Sequence record: MK817115.1
Direction: 5' to 3' (one strand)
DNA length: 64,000 nucleotides
DNA from: Escherichia phage vB_EcoM_phAPEC6
Part shown: piece by piece, positions 48,661-60,037 of the stretch
Layout of the letters: each line of letters opens with the position of its first letter
Position numbering within the stretch: position 1 is the first letter of the stretch
The notes under the pieces: generated by a model
Databases searched by the model: none
What the model saw: the letters and a program-made list of their open reading frames with translations, nothing else
What the model was told of the DNA's origin: nothing
Program-made: the position numbers and the translations under genes

Positions 48661-50947
48661 ATACTAGTGCTTTATCTACAGCTTTGGTACGTTTCGGCTT
48701 AATACCGATTTTACCATCAATAACATCAAATGTAATGTTACCACCATTCACAAGTGAACCACACAACATTTCTTTAGCTAGTGGTACACGAATGTTTTGT
48801 TCAATGGTACGTTTCATTGGACGTGCACCCATACCAACTTTTACCCCATTTTTCGCAAGCCATTCACGTGCAGCTTTTGTCAATGTAACTTTAACATTAC
48901 GGTCTTTGACTTGTTCATTCAAACCACCCATGAACTTATCAATGATGCTGTCAATAGCTTCACTGCTTAGGTCTTTAAACGTAACGATACTATCAATACG
49001 GTTAATAAACTCTGGTGGCAAGAATGCTTTAATTGCCTTGTCCTGTGCAGTGTCACTACCGCTCATACCAATGCTACGCTTTGTTGAATCAGCCGCACCA
49101 AGGTTTGTAGTCATAATAACAGTTACGTTATTAAAATATACAGTTTTACCTTGAGAACCAGTCAGACGACCTTCATCCAAAACCTGTAGGAAGGTTAGTA
49201 GTACTTTACGATCTGCTTTTTCAATTTCATCAAGTAACAGTACTGCATTAGGGAACTGCTCAATTTTATCCAACAGTAAACCGTTACCAGAATCATGACC
49301 AACATAACCTGGAGGTGAACCAATTAGTTTAGAAACAGTATGTTCTTGAGAAAATTCTGACATATCAAAGCGAATGAGTTCCGCACCAGTTGCGTCTGCT
49401 AATGCTTTGGTAATTTCTGTTTTACCAGTACCAGATGGTCCAACAAACATAAATGCACCCTGAACACTAGATTTGTCACGCAGTCCTGCACGAGCTACCA
49501 TCACGTTATCAACTAATTTTTGAATAGCTTCCTCTTGACCGTATACACGTGAGCGTAGTGCATCTGGTAGATTACGCATACGATCACTTTCAGTACATGC
49601 AACCACGTTGATATCCAAATTGGCAATACCAGCAACAACTTCTTGAATCAAATTGGCAGTAATAAGCTTACTATTGTTGTCACGTGAACGAACTTTAGCC
49701 GCAGCAGCATCCATTAGATCAATTGCTTTATCTGGGAAGTGCTTATTCTTCAGGAATTTATCACTGAGAGAAATTACAGCATCCATTGCATCAGATGTGA
49801 ACTCAACATTATGGAATTTTTCATACGTTGGTTTCAAACCATTAACAATTGCACGAGTTTCATCAATTGTCGGCTCAACTACGTCAATTTTCATAAAACG
49901 ACGAGTTAATGCACTATCTTTCTCGATATTTTTACGATATTCATCATATGTTGTTGCACCAATTACACGAATCTCACCACGTGAAAGTGCTGGCTTAAGC
50001 ATATTGCTCATGTCCATAGAACCATTACTTGCGGAACCAGCCCCAACCATAATATGAATTTCATCAATGAAAACAATAGTATTTTCACGTTTCTTTAGTT
50101 CTTTTAGCAAATTGTCGATGCGTTCTTCAAATTCACCACGATACTTAGTACCAGCAGTCAATGCACCAACATTTAGTGAAAGAATTTCAACGTCTTTTAG
50201 GTGTTCAGGTACGTTACCATCAGCAATAGCTTGTGCAAGCCCGTCGATGATTTGTGTTTTACCTACACCAGCTTCACCAGTGAGAATAGCATTCTTTTTG
50301 GTTTTGCGAGCAAGAGTCTCAATCAATGCAGACAATTCTTTCTGGCGACCAATCATAGGATCTAGTTTGCCTTCTTTTGCAAGAGCAGTTAGATTCGTTG
50401 TATAGTCTTCCAAACCTTTTTGTTTAGATGATTGCTGCTGTTGGGCCACTTTTTTATCTCCAATCGGTTCGTCATTAATACTTTGTAAGTTGATACCCTT
50501 ATCAAGTGACTCAACGTGTTTCTGTAATGCACGTGCAGCTTCAGTACAGCTAACACCTTCTTCTTTTAACGCAGCTTCTAGTGCTGTGTTAGGGAAAGAC
50601 AGACATTCGAATAGAACAAAATATGCATCAATCGAAAAATCATCACTTTTTAGTTGTTCAATAACTGATTTTTTAGAAAGCTCATGTACAACGCGATTCA
50701 CTAGAAGTGAAGTTCGATTCGCGTCTTCATCTTTAACACTTTTTGGTGCATGTGGAACTGTTGTATTTTTAAGATAGTTCATCAGGCGGTTGTGCAGTTT
50801 GTCTGCATCAATGTTCATATCTTCAAATACGTTCTTGATGCTATCAATAGTCAGTACTGTGGCACTTACGTGGTCAATAGTCAAGAATGTATGACCTAGA
50901 GATGTTGCCAGTTCGTCGCTTTTTTTGAACAATTGAGTAAGATTCAT
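48659..50947 (-). CDS. ClpA-like Hsp100 AAA+ unfoldase with two nucleotide-binding domains
   Basis: D1 Walker [10 protein letters not shown] and Walker B VFIDEIH; D2 Walker [10 protein letters not shown] and Walker [10 protein letters not shown]; KRSIGMSG parallels the ClpA IGL ClpP-docking loop as recalled; ORF-track start is GTG, ATG 50945-50947 has AGGAGA RBS. Confidence 0.8.
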   Translation of the reverse strand: MNLTQLFKKSDELATSLGHTFLTIDHVSATVLTIDSIKNVFEDMNIDADKLHNRLMNYLKNTTVPHAPKSVKDEDANRTSLLVNRVVHELSKKSVIEQLKSDDFSIDAYFVLFECLSFPNTALEAALKEEGVSCTEAARALQKHVESLDKGINLQSINDEPIGDKKVAQQQQSSKQKGLEDYTTNLTALAKEGKLDPMIGRQKELSALIETLARKTKKNAILTGEAGVGKTQIIDGLAQAIADGNVPEHLKDVEILSLNVGALTAGTKYRGEFEERIDNLLKELKKRENTIVFIDEIHIMVGAGSASNGSMDMSNMLKPALSRGEIRVIGATTYDEYRKNIEKDSALTRRFMKIDVVEPTIDETRAIVNGLKPTYEKFHNVEFTSDAMDAVISLSDKFLKNKHFPDKAIDLMDAAAAKVRSRDNNSKLITANLIQEVVAGIANLDINVVACTESDRMRNLPDALRSRVYGQEEAIQKLVDNVMVARAGLRDKSSVQGAFMFVGPSGTGKTEITKALADATGAELIRFDMSEFSQEHTVSKLIGSPPGYVGHDSGNGLLLDKIEQFPNAVLLLDEIEKADRKVLLTFLQVLDEGRLTGSQGKTVYFNNVTVIMTTNLGAADSTKRSIGMSGSDTAQDKAIKAFLPPEFINRIDSIVTFKDLSSEAIDSIIDKFMGGLNEQVKDRNVKVTLTKAAREWLAKNGVKVGMGARPMKRTIEQNIRVPLAKEMLCGSLVNGGNITFDVIDGKIGIKPKRTKAVDKALV

Positions 50948-51057
50948 GTATTCTCCTATGTGATTCACGTCACTCTAATTAATAAACATTATATCACATT
51001 CTTACGGTTTGTCTACAAGGTAAATAAAGATATACCCGATTTATTTTGGAGACAATC

Positions 51058-52551
51058 ATGACATATAGAATGTGGAAAAAAGGTAGAACCAATGATTACA
51101 AGTTCATTGATTCTGCCATTGCTGAACAATACAACATTGGTGGAGTTGACATGTGGCTTTATGCATATGTCGGTCCAAAACAAGTTGCTGACAACACTGA
51201 CTTATCCTATGGAGGTGATTATACATCTTCAGGATCAGTTGTGTCAAGTATTGGCGATTTAATTTTTGGTGACACACCAAACAGAAACTACAACCTTGAA
51301 GCTATCACACTTAGTTGTGTCTATCAAGTTCAAGAAGCAACTCCAGACTTGAAAATCCCAGGATTGTTCTTTAATTTCAACACTATGGACATCACAATCC
51401 ATTATAATACAATGATGCAGCGTTTAGGTAGAAAAATCATGCCAGGGGATGTGATAGAACTACCAAATTTACGTGATTTTGATGTATTGGGTAAAGATAC
51501 AGGTCTAAACCGCTTCTATGTCGTCCAAGATGCATTTCGTACATCTGAGGGATACTCGGTTACGTGGCAACATCACATTTATAAACTTAGAGTTAAACCG
51601 CTAACCGACTCACCTGAGTACTCCGATTTACTCGGTAACAATAATTATCCTGATAATCCAGATGACCCTAATAATGGTAATGGAAATACCGATGATGGTT
51701 CGTCGGAAAACAGTAACTATGGCAATGAAATGGATATCATGAACCGTATCATCATGCAAGCTGATGATGAAGTACCCTATATTCATTATACAAATGAACA
51801 TTTGTATGATGATCGACCTGATACAGTAGATTTATCAAAATATATGCTTAACGGTTATGATTTTCCAGAAGAACCTGCCGATGGAATGTATTTTTTGAAA
51901 AAAACATACCCAGTACTCAAAGAGTTTGTTAATGATACATGGATTTCTGTGGAAGTCAAGCGTGGAACCATCTTTCCCAGAAAACCAATGGATGGTGACT
52001 TCTTCTTTAAAGAAAATGACGCAGATGTGACAGGTTATACGTTGTATCAATATGATAAAAGTGCTAAAAAATGGTTAAATTGTGATGTAGAATATACTAC
52101 CAGTGATGTTCCACCAGAAGATGTGGAAGATTTTTGTATTTTTTATAAAGAACCACACATTTATCAGTATAATGATGACAAGTGGGGGGAACCAAAGGTA
52201 ACTTATGTCAATGAACCATTCACGTCCAATTGTGTATATGGTAATATTGATTCGCAACAAGATTATCGTCCTAAAATTCCACCAGCACGAGGTACAGTCC
52301 CTGAAGGAAATATGTTCCCAACTGATGCAGTAGATGGTGACTATTTCTATCGCACCGATTATACTCCAGTTACGTTATGGGAATTCAATGCAACTAAGAA
52401 TTCATGGGTTATTTTTGATTATGGTGGAAGAAAACCGTGGGAAGGTGCAGACTTAGCACTTACACAGTTTGTAAATAGTGATAACAAAGTTCCATTACAT
52501 GACGCAGTTAAACCTAATACTGTTTATCGCATACATAAGGACACAGAATGA
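51058..52551 (+). CDS. Hypothetical virion protein
   Basis: ORF-track start 51046 is TTG; ATG 51058 has GGAG RBS. Confidence 0.45.
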   Translation: MTYRMWKKGRTNDYKFIDSAIAEQYNIGGVDMWLYAYVGPKQVADNTDLSYGGDYTSSGSVVSSIGDLIFGDTPNRNYNLEAITLSCVYQVQEATPDLKIPGLFFNFNTMDITIHYNTMMQRLGRKIMPGDVIELPNLRDFDVLGKDTGLNRFYVVQDAFRTSEGYSVTWQHHIYKLRVKPLTDSPEYSDLLGNNNYPDNPDDPNNGNGNTDDGSSENSNYGNEMDIMNRIIMQADDEVPYIHYTNEHLYDDRPDTVDLSKYMLNGYDFPEEPADGMYFLKKTYPVLKEFVNDTWISVEVKRGTIFPRKPMDGDFFFKENDADVTGYTLYQYDKSAKKWLNCDVEYTTSDVPPEDVEDFCIFYKEPHIYQYNDDKWGEPKVTYVNEPFTSNCVYGNIDSQQDYRPKIPPARGTVPEGNMFPTDAVDGDYFYRTDYTPVTLWEFNATKNSWVIFDYGGRKPWEGADLALTQFVNSDNKVPLHDAVKPNTVYRIHKDTE

Positions 52552-53891
52552 AAATAGATTATTATTATGACGGTCAATTTCGCAGAGTACTGAAACATCT
52601 TATCAGAGTTTTTGGTGAATTTCAAGTACAAAATGGTATTGATGCTAATGGAAACCCAAAATACAAAAAGGTTCCATGTCGCTATGCCGATATTTCAAGA
52701 ATGGCAGCAGCAATTATAAATGGGAATAGTGAAAATGTTCTCCCATCAGCACCTATAATGACCATAAGTGTTAATCAACTAAAGTTGGATCGTAAAAATA
52801 TTCGTTCTAATGCCAACGAAACTATAGTAATGGGGTCTAACAAGTCCCCTGCTATTAATGAGTACACAAAAGATCTTGACACACAATACAAAATTGTAAG
52901 ACATAACCCAGTACCTTGGACTTTTACGTTTGATTTGAATATTTGGGTAACTCAAACTCAAACTAAAATGGAATTATTCGAACAAATCTCAACTTTGTTT
53001 GCACCTAGTATACAACTTCAATTATCTGATAACCCGTTAGATTGGACATCGCTTAGTGATGTTGAACTAATAGATTGTCAGTTTTCTACTCGTGGTTTTC
53101 CACAAGGAACTGACCCAGATTTGGATATAATGGTTTTAACATTTGAAACGACAATATGGTTTTCTTTACCAGCTATTGTTGAAAAACCAAAATTAATCCA
53201 ACAGATTACTACAAATATTAAAGGTGCTCGTGACGAATTTGATTTTGAAATGGGAAATTATTCAGATATAATAACAGATGTTTTTACACCCAAGAATTTA
53301 TGCATTAAAGTTGAAGAAATTACTAATTCCAAGTATAATTTACCTGATACATACCAACTTACCTTGGTTAGCCAATCGCTATCTGCGGTTTCTCCCAACG
53401 GTGGAATATATTCATGGGAAAAATATCTTAAATATCTAGAACCAAATTTTGATGACAAAAAAGTAGGGATTAAATTTCAACAATCTATTGAAGAAGACAA
53501 CCCACTAAAAGGTCATATAGCGTCGTATGGTGAAAATGAAGATGCCAACAAAATTATAGTACAGCTTGATAATACCAATTATACTGTTGATTACACTATA
53601 CATGGGTTTGTGCAGAAAGATTCAGTACTTTCAAGTGCATTACCTGAACAATATTATGTAAATAACAGTATACATAACATCATTTATAAAGAAACCGAAA
53701 TCCCATCAAATTATTTGTTTAAAATTACAAATGATGGTGCACAATTAATTGATCCATCTACTGTACGAAATTACATTTATAATAAAGAAGACAATGGTTA
53801 TTATAGATATAATGACAAATTTAAATGGCATAAAAGTATCATGCCTGTGTATCGTCAGGGATATTGGAAAATAACTTTCACTGACAAATAA
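52548..53891 (+). CDS. Hypothetical virion protein
   Basis: ATGA overlap with upstream gene; AAGGA RBS. Confidence 0.45.
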   Translation: MKIDYYYDGQFRRVLKHLIRVFGEFQVQNGIDANGNPKYKKVPCRYADISRMAAAIINGNSENVLPSAPIMTISVNQLKLDRKNIRSNANETIVMGSNKSPAINEYTKDLDTQYKIVRHNPVPWTFTFDLNIWVTQTQTKMELFEQISTLFAPSIQLQLSDNPLDWTSLSDVELIDCQFSTRGFPQGTDPDLDIMVLTFETTIWFSLPAIVEKPKLIQQITTNIKGARDEFDFEMGNYSDIITDVFTPKNLCIKVEEITNSKYNLPDTYQLTLVSQSLSAVSPNGGIYSWEKYLKYLEPNFDDKKVGIKFQQSIEEDNPLKGHIASYGENEDANKIIVQLDNTNYTVDYTIHGFVQKDSVLSSALPEQYYVNNSIHNIIYKETEIPSNYLFKITNDGAQLIDPSTVRNYIYNKEDNGYYRYNDKFKWHKSIMPVYRQGYWKITFTDK

Positions 53892-53904
53892 AGGAGGTGT
53901 TGTT

Positions 53905-54369
53905 ATGAATGAAGCGGTTGGTGCTATATTTTTATCAAAAAGTACTGGACATATGATGTTAAACTTGCGTTCTGAAAGAAGTACCTATTCTAACAACTGG
54001 GCATTTGTTGGTGGAAAGCTTGAACATAACGAAACACCACTACAAGGTCTGATGAGAGAAATTAAAGAAGAGTTGGGCAACTCAATACCTAACATTATTG
54101 ATATTATACCGTTTGATGTATTTTGTACAAAAAATGGTAAATTTAAATATTATTCATTTGTTATTGTAGTTGAGAATGAATTTGTACCAACTTTAAATCA
54201 TGAAAGCTCTGGTTATGCTTGGGTTAGAATTGGTTCTTGGCCTAAACCATTACACCCTGGTGCTAAAAATACTTTACTTAACACAAACTTAATGAAAGAT
54301 TTTTACTCACTATGGGAAAGTATACGTGAAGGTACACAGTTTGTCAACAGTTTACCATATAGATATTAA
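53905..54369 (+). CDS. Nudix hydrolase
   Basis: Nudix box GGKLEHNETPLQGLMREIKEELG; AAAGGAGG RBS. Confidence 0.75.
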   Translation: MNEAVGAIFLSKSTGHMMLNLRSERSTYSNNWAFVGGKLEHNETPLQGLMREIKEELGNSIPNIIDIIPFDVFCTKNGKFKYYSFVIVVENEFVPTLNHESSGYAWVRIGSWPKPLHPGAKNTLLNTNLMKDFYSLWESIREGTQFVNSLPYRY

Positions 54370-54372
54370 AAC

Positions 54373-54402
54373 AAAAAGGAGCCGTGTGGCTCCTTTTTTT
54401 AT
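54373..54402. terminator. Bidirectional terminator (ggagcc-gtgt-ggctcc)
   Basis: A-run upstream, T7 downstream; between convergent genes. Confidence 0.65.
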
Positions 54403-55499
54403 ACTCCAATAATCGGAATACCTGTAATATTTAACAACACGGATGCTTGTAGTTTAACGGATTCACCAGCAGTTAGATTACTAATGCTACCATCAACTCG
54501 AAAACCTAAATTTTTATTTGAGTTTAGAGAATTGATAACCCAATTTTCATAATCAGCTTTAGATGTTCCATTAGGATTTGGGATAGATGGATCTACACCA
54601 TTAATAACAATATTTACGTCCCAGTTTGGGCGACTACTGGTAATAACATCTTTTATGGATTCTAATTGTGTAATCCTACGTGGGTCTGGCATTTGACTTG
54701 CCCCCACCGAACCAGGAACAAAAGTTCCTTGATTATCTACATAAAATTGCCCTTTTATAAAAAAGGTTTTTGAATTGTATGGAAGAGAAACTATCTCACC
54801 AGAAGAATCATTTACTTCTCTAATCATAATTTTTAATTCATAGAAATAGTTGCTACCAAATTCAAAGACACCAGTACCATTAGTTAATGTTGTCCAGTTA
54901 TTTGTATCTACTTGTGAAGTACCACCTAAGTTAAAATACGCAATTGGTTTAGTACTATTACTTTGTGTGAACTCTATATATTTTTTACCATTATCATAGT
55001 TAATATCTAATAATGATGAATACTCTTTGTTTTCTGGTCTAGATGTTTGAATTTCACGCCATTCTTTGTTTTTCATTAACACACGAAGAGAATCACCGTT
55101 ACTAGTTAATACCATACGACCCATAACACTATTTTCACCATCAGGCACTGTGTTAAAAACAGTAATCATAGGGATAGACGCCCACTCAGCTTCACTTACC
55201 ATATCAGCAGGTTGTCTAGCATTATCAACTAATGATATCAATAACTCACCAGTACTACCAGTGTTTCTATACCAAAGTTGACCATTGACGTTGCCACGTG
55301 GTGCAGATGCTGAACTGAAATTTTCAACTAAATGTAAAAAGTTTTCATTCCATGCTTGACCGTAACTTACTTTATTTCTACCAACTAAATTTAACGGAAC
55401 TGGGTTACTTCCGGGCTGGTTTGGTCCTAAAATAACATTATTTGGAATGGTAGCATAAACACTACCATTACTTCTATAAATTGTATAATTAACACTCAT
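54399..55499 (-). CDS. Hypothetical tail/baseplate-associated protein (366 aa)
   Basis: Last gene of a three-gene minus-strand operon inside the fibre region; GGGGA RBS. Confidence 0.4.
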   Translation of the reverse strand: MSVNYTIYRSNGSVYATIPNNVILGPNQPGSNPVPLNLVGRNKVSYGQAWNENFLHLVENFSSASAPRGNVNGQLWYRNTGSTGELLISLVDNARQPADMVSEAEWASIPMITVFNTVPDGENSVMGRMVLTSNGDSLRVLMKNKEWREIQTSRPENKEYSSLLDINYDNGKKYIEFTQSNSTKPIAYFNLGGTSQVDTNNWTTLTNGTGVFEFGSNYFYELKIMIREVNDSSGEIVSLPYNSKTFFIKGQFYVDNQGTFVPGSVGASQMPDPRRITQLESIKDVITSSRPNWDVNIVINGVDPSIPNPNGTSKADYENWVINSLNSNKNLGFRVDGSISNLTAGESVKLQASVLLNITGIPIIGV

Positions 55500-55511
55500 T
55501 ATATGTCCCCA

Positions 55512-56120
55512 TTATTGTAATTGTACACGAACTGTGTATTTAATTTGTAAGACACGGTTTGCACTTTTCTCAACTGGGTGAAAAATGATATGGGTTAAAG
55601 GAATACCACTATCGCCATCCGTGTATAATCCCAATTCATCAAACACATAAGTTCCATCCATGCTTGTCCCTGAGCTTACACCTTGGTCGGATGGTTCACC
55701 TAACCCTAGAGTACAAATACATACAATATCAGTATAGGACTGTCCTGGTATATGTACAGTTGTAATATTATTGTATTGTGAATCAATACCTGCCGTAATT
55801 CGTGGGTTGATTTTTTTCAAATATGTTTGTGAATACAAACCACCAAATGATGTAACACGTGGTTTTTTATAAGTAACACGACCAGTACTTAAAACTACTG
55901 TACCACCATTACCAAAACGCATCTCGCTAATAGAACCAATAGGAATACCAGTACTGTCTTGATTATATGCTAACGCATTAGCAATGGCAGTACTCATATT
56001 TTCAGGGTGAATAGCGTTAGATTTATCTAAAACGATTTTTTGATTTGATGGATCAGTAACGTCAGTAATTAGGACATGACCTTTAACAAATAGTTTTGGT
56101 TGTTCTGTTTCTAATTTCAT
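55512..56120 (-). CDS. Hypothetical protein (202 aa)
   Basis: AAGGA RBS; middle gene of the operon. Confidence 0.4.
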   Translation of the reverse strand: MKLETEQPKLFVKGHVLITDVTDPSNQKIVLDKSNAIHPENMSTAIANALAYNQDSTGIPIGSISEMRFGNGGTVVLSTGRVTYKKPRVTSFGGLYSQTYLKKINPRITAGIDSQYNNITTVHIPGQSYTDIVCICTLGLGEPSDQGVSSGTSMDGTYVFDELGLYTDGDSGIPLTHIIFHPVEKSANRVLQIKYTVRVQLQ

Positions 56121-56129
56121 TTCTAATCC

Positions 56130-56627
56130 TTAGTAGTTAATTAAAATTTGTTCTAACTTCCCAGCTAAACTTTTTTGGACATCTGATGGATACTTACTAA
56201 TATAATCACGGTCTATACCAACTTTAAGGTAAGTAAAATTACCAGTTACTGTTTCAGCAAATGTTCCGGTAGTTCCTTGTTGTCTAATTAAATCCCCACC
56301 ATTTGGATTTAAAATAACCATATCAGTAAATTCAAGATAATAATTACAACTTTCAGTGAATTTAATTGGAAACCAATCATCATCAGTAGGATTACTAGCT
56401 AATGTAGCTAATACATAAATTCTACCAATAAAATTACGTAGTGTAAATGAAATAGTATGTAAACCTGTAGTACATCCATAGTAGCCACCACTTGCGAGTG
56501 GTAACGTTTGTTCATTCCAGTGATAATCCAAGTTAGCTGGATACCAGCTATCAGATTCAGGAAAATCTTGCCATGAACCATCTTTTGTTTTTCTTCTGAA
56601 GAGAAAGTCTTTTGATCTTAATGCCAT
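56130..56627 (-). CDS. Hypothetical protein (165 aa)
   Basis: AAAGGG RBS; first gene of the operon, divergent from the plus-strand fibre genes. Confidence 0.4.
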   Translation of the reverse strand: MALRSKDFLFRRKTKDGSWQDFPESDSWYPANLDYHWNEQTLPLASGGYYGCTTGLHTISFTLRNFIGRIYVLATLASNPTDDDWFPIKFTESCNYYLEFTDMVILNPNGGDLIRQQGTTGTFAETVTGNFTYLKVGIDRDYISKYPSDVQKSLAGKLEQILINY

Positions 56628-56737
56628 TGTTTAAGCCCTTTTAGTAGTGAACTTTCATTTATTTATTAATGATAACGAAATGTATTTTGTACTGATAAAT
56701 ATTGGTATATGACATTAACTCATACAAGGGAAATATT

Positions 56738-57865
56738 ATGACAATTTCATTTAACAATGGGTCCAGTGGTTCATGTAATAACTCCGGCATCAAAAGTCTA
56801 GTTATTAATGGTGCTGGGCATTTAATTGTAACCTATGCAGATAACACAATTCAAGATTTAGGTCTTGTTGTAGGACAGAATGGCGAGAATGGTAAAAACT
56901 TTTATCCTAATGAGATTGGTTTTGAAATTCCTTCCGAACAATTTAAAGTTGGTGAACCACTTGGGTGGTGCTACTTAAGCTTGGCTAACAATACCAGTAC
57001 TCTATACTTTAAATCAAATGATGCACAAGATCCGACAAGTACATGGATTAGTGTTGAGTTTGGTAAAGGTGATACGGGTGAAGCGGGTAAGCCGTTCCAC
57101 ATTGATAGTGCTGGAACTACTTTCCCAACAACTGGTCTTTTTGATAACTATACATTTTATAATACTCAAGATGGTAAACTTTATTTCTATCAAAGTGTAA
57201 CTGCTACTTGGAGTGATGGTATACCTTTCCGTGGTGAACAAGGTCCGCGTGGTCGTTTCCATATTGATAGCAGTGGTGATCAATTTCCAAGTATTGAAAA
57301 TCTTCCAGTTGATTATTGTTTTTATAACAACACTGATGGAAAACTATATTATGTTGATGAAGTAACTACAACTACCCCTCCTTCAAAAGAGTGGAGTGAG
57401 GGTATTCTATTCCGTGGTAAAGAAGGTCAGCAAGGTATTCAAGGTATACAAGGCGAACCAGGTGCACCAGGTAAAGATACAATTTCTATTAGAAATACAA
57501 TAGATAGCTCATGGACTAACGCACTATTAGTTATTGGTACGTGTCCTGCTGGATATGTAGTTTCTAATATTGATGTAAACGTTATACAACCTTATTCTCT
57601 TCCTGTAACTGATATGTTTGTACGTTTTGGTGGTGAAGCACAAGAAGATATTGGTGGGACTGTAATTGCACCAACTTCCTACTTTGATATCAATCGTCAG
57701 ATGCGTTTTATTGTTAATGAAACTAATCATGCAGCATCCGATGTTGATGAAATTATTTCATGTGTATTCAACGATTCTGTTAACAACAGTCCTTATGGAA
57801 AAATGGAAATTATTTGTACTCTTTCATGGCAAGCTCCTATCCAACCGATTCAAGATAATATTTAA
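56738..57865 (+). CDS. Tail fibre-like protein with collagen-like Gly-X-Y run and internal duplication
   Basis: GKEGQQGIQGIQGEPGAPGKD; duplicated FHIDSxG...DGKLY...W(S)xGIxFRG blocks; ORF-track start 56702 is TTG, ATG 56738 has AAGGGA RBS. Confidence 0.5.
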   Translation: MTISFNNGSSGSCNNSGIKSLVINGAGHLIVTYADNTIQDLGLVVGQNGENGKNFYPNEIGFEIPSEQFKVGEPLGWCYLSLANNTSTLYFKSNDAQDPTSTWISVEFGKGDTGEAGKPFHIDSAGTTFPTTGLFDNYTFYNTQDGKLYFYQSVTATWSDGIPFRGEQGPRGRFHIDSSGDQFPSIENLPVDYCFYNNTDGKLYYVDEVTTTTPPSKEWSEGILFRGKEGQQGIQGIQGEPGAPGKDTISIRNTIDSSWTNALLVIGTCPAGYVVSNIDVNVIQPYSLPVTDMFVRFGGEAQEDIGGTVIAPTSYFDINRQMRFIVNETNHAASDVDEIISCVFNDSVNNSPYGKMEIICTLSWQAPIQPIQDNI

Positions 57866-57879
57866 GGGAGGATGTCATA

Positions 57880-60021
57880 ATGGCAGTATTTTCTAATTTT
57901 GAAGGAACTATGCAGCCCAAATTCATATTGGGGAAAAAAGGTGCTTCAATAAATTTTATCAATGATTCAGTTTCTATAAAAGATTATCTAGGAGAACAGT
58001 TCCTACCACTGAAGGTAGGAACTTCATCTGACCCTAATTCAGCAGTTAACGTAAAATATCTTGAAGATAACCCTAATGCATTATTTGGTGTTGTACCCCC
58101 TACCGATGATGTAGGAAAGAACAATAATACGTATTTTCAAATTGATGAAGATGGTATTGTTGATATTTTTGCAAAAAGTAATGGTACATGGGTAAAATCA
58201 TTATACATTAATAAAAAAGTTCTATCCAGTAAAAATGGTGGCGATTTCATCGGACTTATTACTGGAGGTACAGTTCAACAGGCCCAGTTTTATATAACAC
58301 CAGAAGAATTTGGTGCTAAAGGTGATGGCGAAACTGATGACACTGCTGCTGTAAATTTATGTGCTGCTTATGCTAAAGAAAATAAAATCCAAATTCAGGC
58401 TGGTGGTAATTACCGTATCAAAACTGCAATATACCTGGAAGATGTAACTTGGTTTGGGGGAACTATTACTGGTAATGGTGGTACTATGGTATCCGTTATT
58501 AATTCCCAAATACAATTTGCAACACTTACTGGATGTTATTTAAAATTCTTCGGTGGCGATGGTAAGTTTTATTTTAATAAATTTATAAACATCACAAGTA
58601 CTGCTGCATTTTTAATGCAAGGTATGACACAACCAGGAACAATAGATTTTTGCTTTAATGAAATGACCCAATGTAAGTATGGTGTTCTTCAACAAGGTAC
58701 TGGTGAGAAAATGAAGGTTGGTAGATATTCATATAACCACATACATGATATATATGGTGATGCAATTGAACTAAACGTAATTAACTCACATTATCCTGAT
58801 GGTTTTGTGATTGAAGGAAACGTAATTGAAAACGTTGATGGTTCTAACGCTCCAATCCCACTTTCAAACTGGGGCATTGGTATTGGCGTTGCTGGTTCTG
58901 GTCCTTATGGTTTAGATGCACCAGATACACAATATGTCAGAAACTTTGTTATTAAAAATAACAGACTATATAATGTTAGACAATGTATCCACGTTGAATT
59001 AGGAATGGACTTTAAAATACTTAATAATGAAGTTTATCCATCATCTTTAGTTTCTGTTGGTACTGGATTAACCACTGCTGGTGTTATAACTTATGGTTCG
59101 AAAGAATTCATTATTGATGGGTTGACTGGTCATTTGCTTAATGATCCTTCTATCACAAATAGAATGGTTTCAATAAACTGGGGTGTAACTTCTGGTCGTT
59201 TTGCTGGACCACCTAGAAACTTTAAAATTTCTAATCTCTATATTCCAGAGTCTTCTATACTTGTTTATACTTCCGGTTCTGATAATTGGTTAAATAATAC
59301 AGAATTGAGCAATATCACCTGTTCTAAAATCCTTTGGCGTGGTTTGCCATCATCATCTAAATTTAGTGATATTAGAACTAAAGAATTAGATGTAATTGGT
59401 CAACACCTCTCTACCGAAGGCGAAGGTGGTGGTATCTATACTCGCTCTAAATATACTTATACTAATTGGACTAACTGTGTTGTTCAAGATGATTGTAATG
59501 TTTCAAAATATAGTTTTTCTAAAATGTATGTAGACAGAATAGACCAATCATCTAATAACTTTAAAGTTACAACTGCAATCGATGGTACAGGACACCGTGG
59601 CCCAGTACTGATACCTGTAGTTGAGCAATATTATATTCCATACGATACTTTTCCTGGGGGACGCTATTTCTCTGAAGGCACGATTATTCATAAACAATCG
59701 GGTGGAAAATATATTGTAACTGTTGGTGGTTCTTTTTTCGGAAAATATGACACAATTAGACAAACGGTAGCAGGACAAACATACATAGAAGCATTGGGTG
59801 TGTCATGGGGTGAAAACCAATATGCAAAAGCTGCTGGTACTGAGATCATTATATCCGGTGCTGGTGAAAATGGTGGTGATTTGAGAACGTATATAACTCG
59901 TGCAGTGTATGTTGTAAACAACGTATATAGAATTGATATTGCAGATCCTATCATAACAGCAACTGCCGCTGGTGCAGCATTAAAAGCTGCCCAACCCGTA
60001 ACTTACATAACCCTACCATAA
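57880..60021 (+). CDS. Tail fibre/tailspike with probable right-handed beta-helix (depolymerase-like) domain
   Basis: N-terminus shared with next gene; Gly/Asn/Thr-rich repeating strands typical of pectin-lyase-like folds; AAGGGAGGA RBS. Confidence 0.5.
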   Translation: MAVFSNFEGTMQPKFILGKKGASINFINDSVSIKDYLGEQFLPLKVGTSSDPNSAVNVKYLEDNPNALFGVVPPTDDVGKNNNTYFQIDEDGIVDIFAKSNGTWVKSLYINKKVLSSKNGGDFIGLITGGTVQQAQFYITPEEFGAKGDGETDDTAAVNLCAAYAKENKIQIQAGGNYRIKTAIYLEDVTWFGGTITGNGGTMVSVINSQIQFATLTGCYLKFFGGDGKFYFNKFINITSTAAFLMQGMTQPGTIDFCFNEMTQCKYGVLQQGTGEKMKVGRYSYNHIHDIYGDAIELNVINSHYPDGFVIEGNVIENVDGSNAPIPLSNWGIGIGVAGSGPYGLDAPDTQYVRNFVIKNNRLYNVRQCIHVELGMDFKILNNEVYPSSLVSVGTGLTTAGVITYGSKEFIIDGLTGHLLNDPSITNRMVSINWGVTSGRFAGPPRNFKISNLYIPESSILVYTSGSDNWLNNTELSNITCSKILWRGLPSSSKFSDIRTKELDVIGQHLSTEGEGGGIYTRSKYTYTNWTNCVVQDDCNVSKYSFSKMYVDRIDQSSNNFKVTTAIDGTGHRGPVLIPVVEQYYIPYDTFPGGRYFSEGTIIHKQSGGKYIVTVGGSFFGKYDTIRQTVAGQTYIEALGVSWGENQYAKAAGTEIIISGAGENGGDLRTYITRAVYVVNNVYRIDIADPIITATAAGAALKAAQPVTYITLP

Positions 60022-60037
60022 AGGAGATTATATTAAA

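Noticed and set aside
48684-50777. Several plus-strand ORFs of 95-156 aa inside the ClpA-like gene
   Set aside because: They overlap a gene with strong conserved motifs on the other strand, and have no RBS and odd composition.
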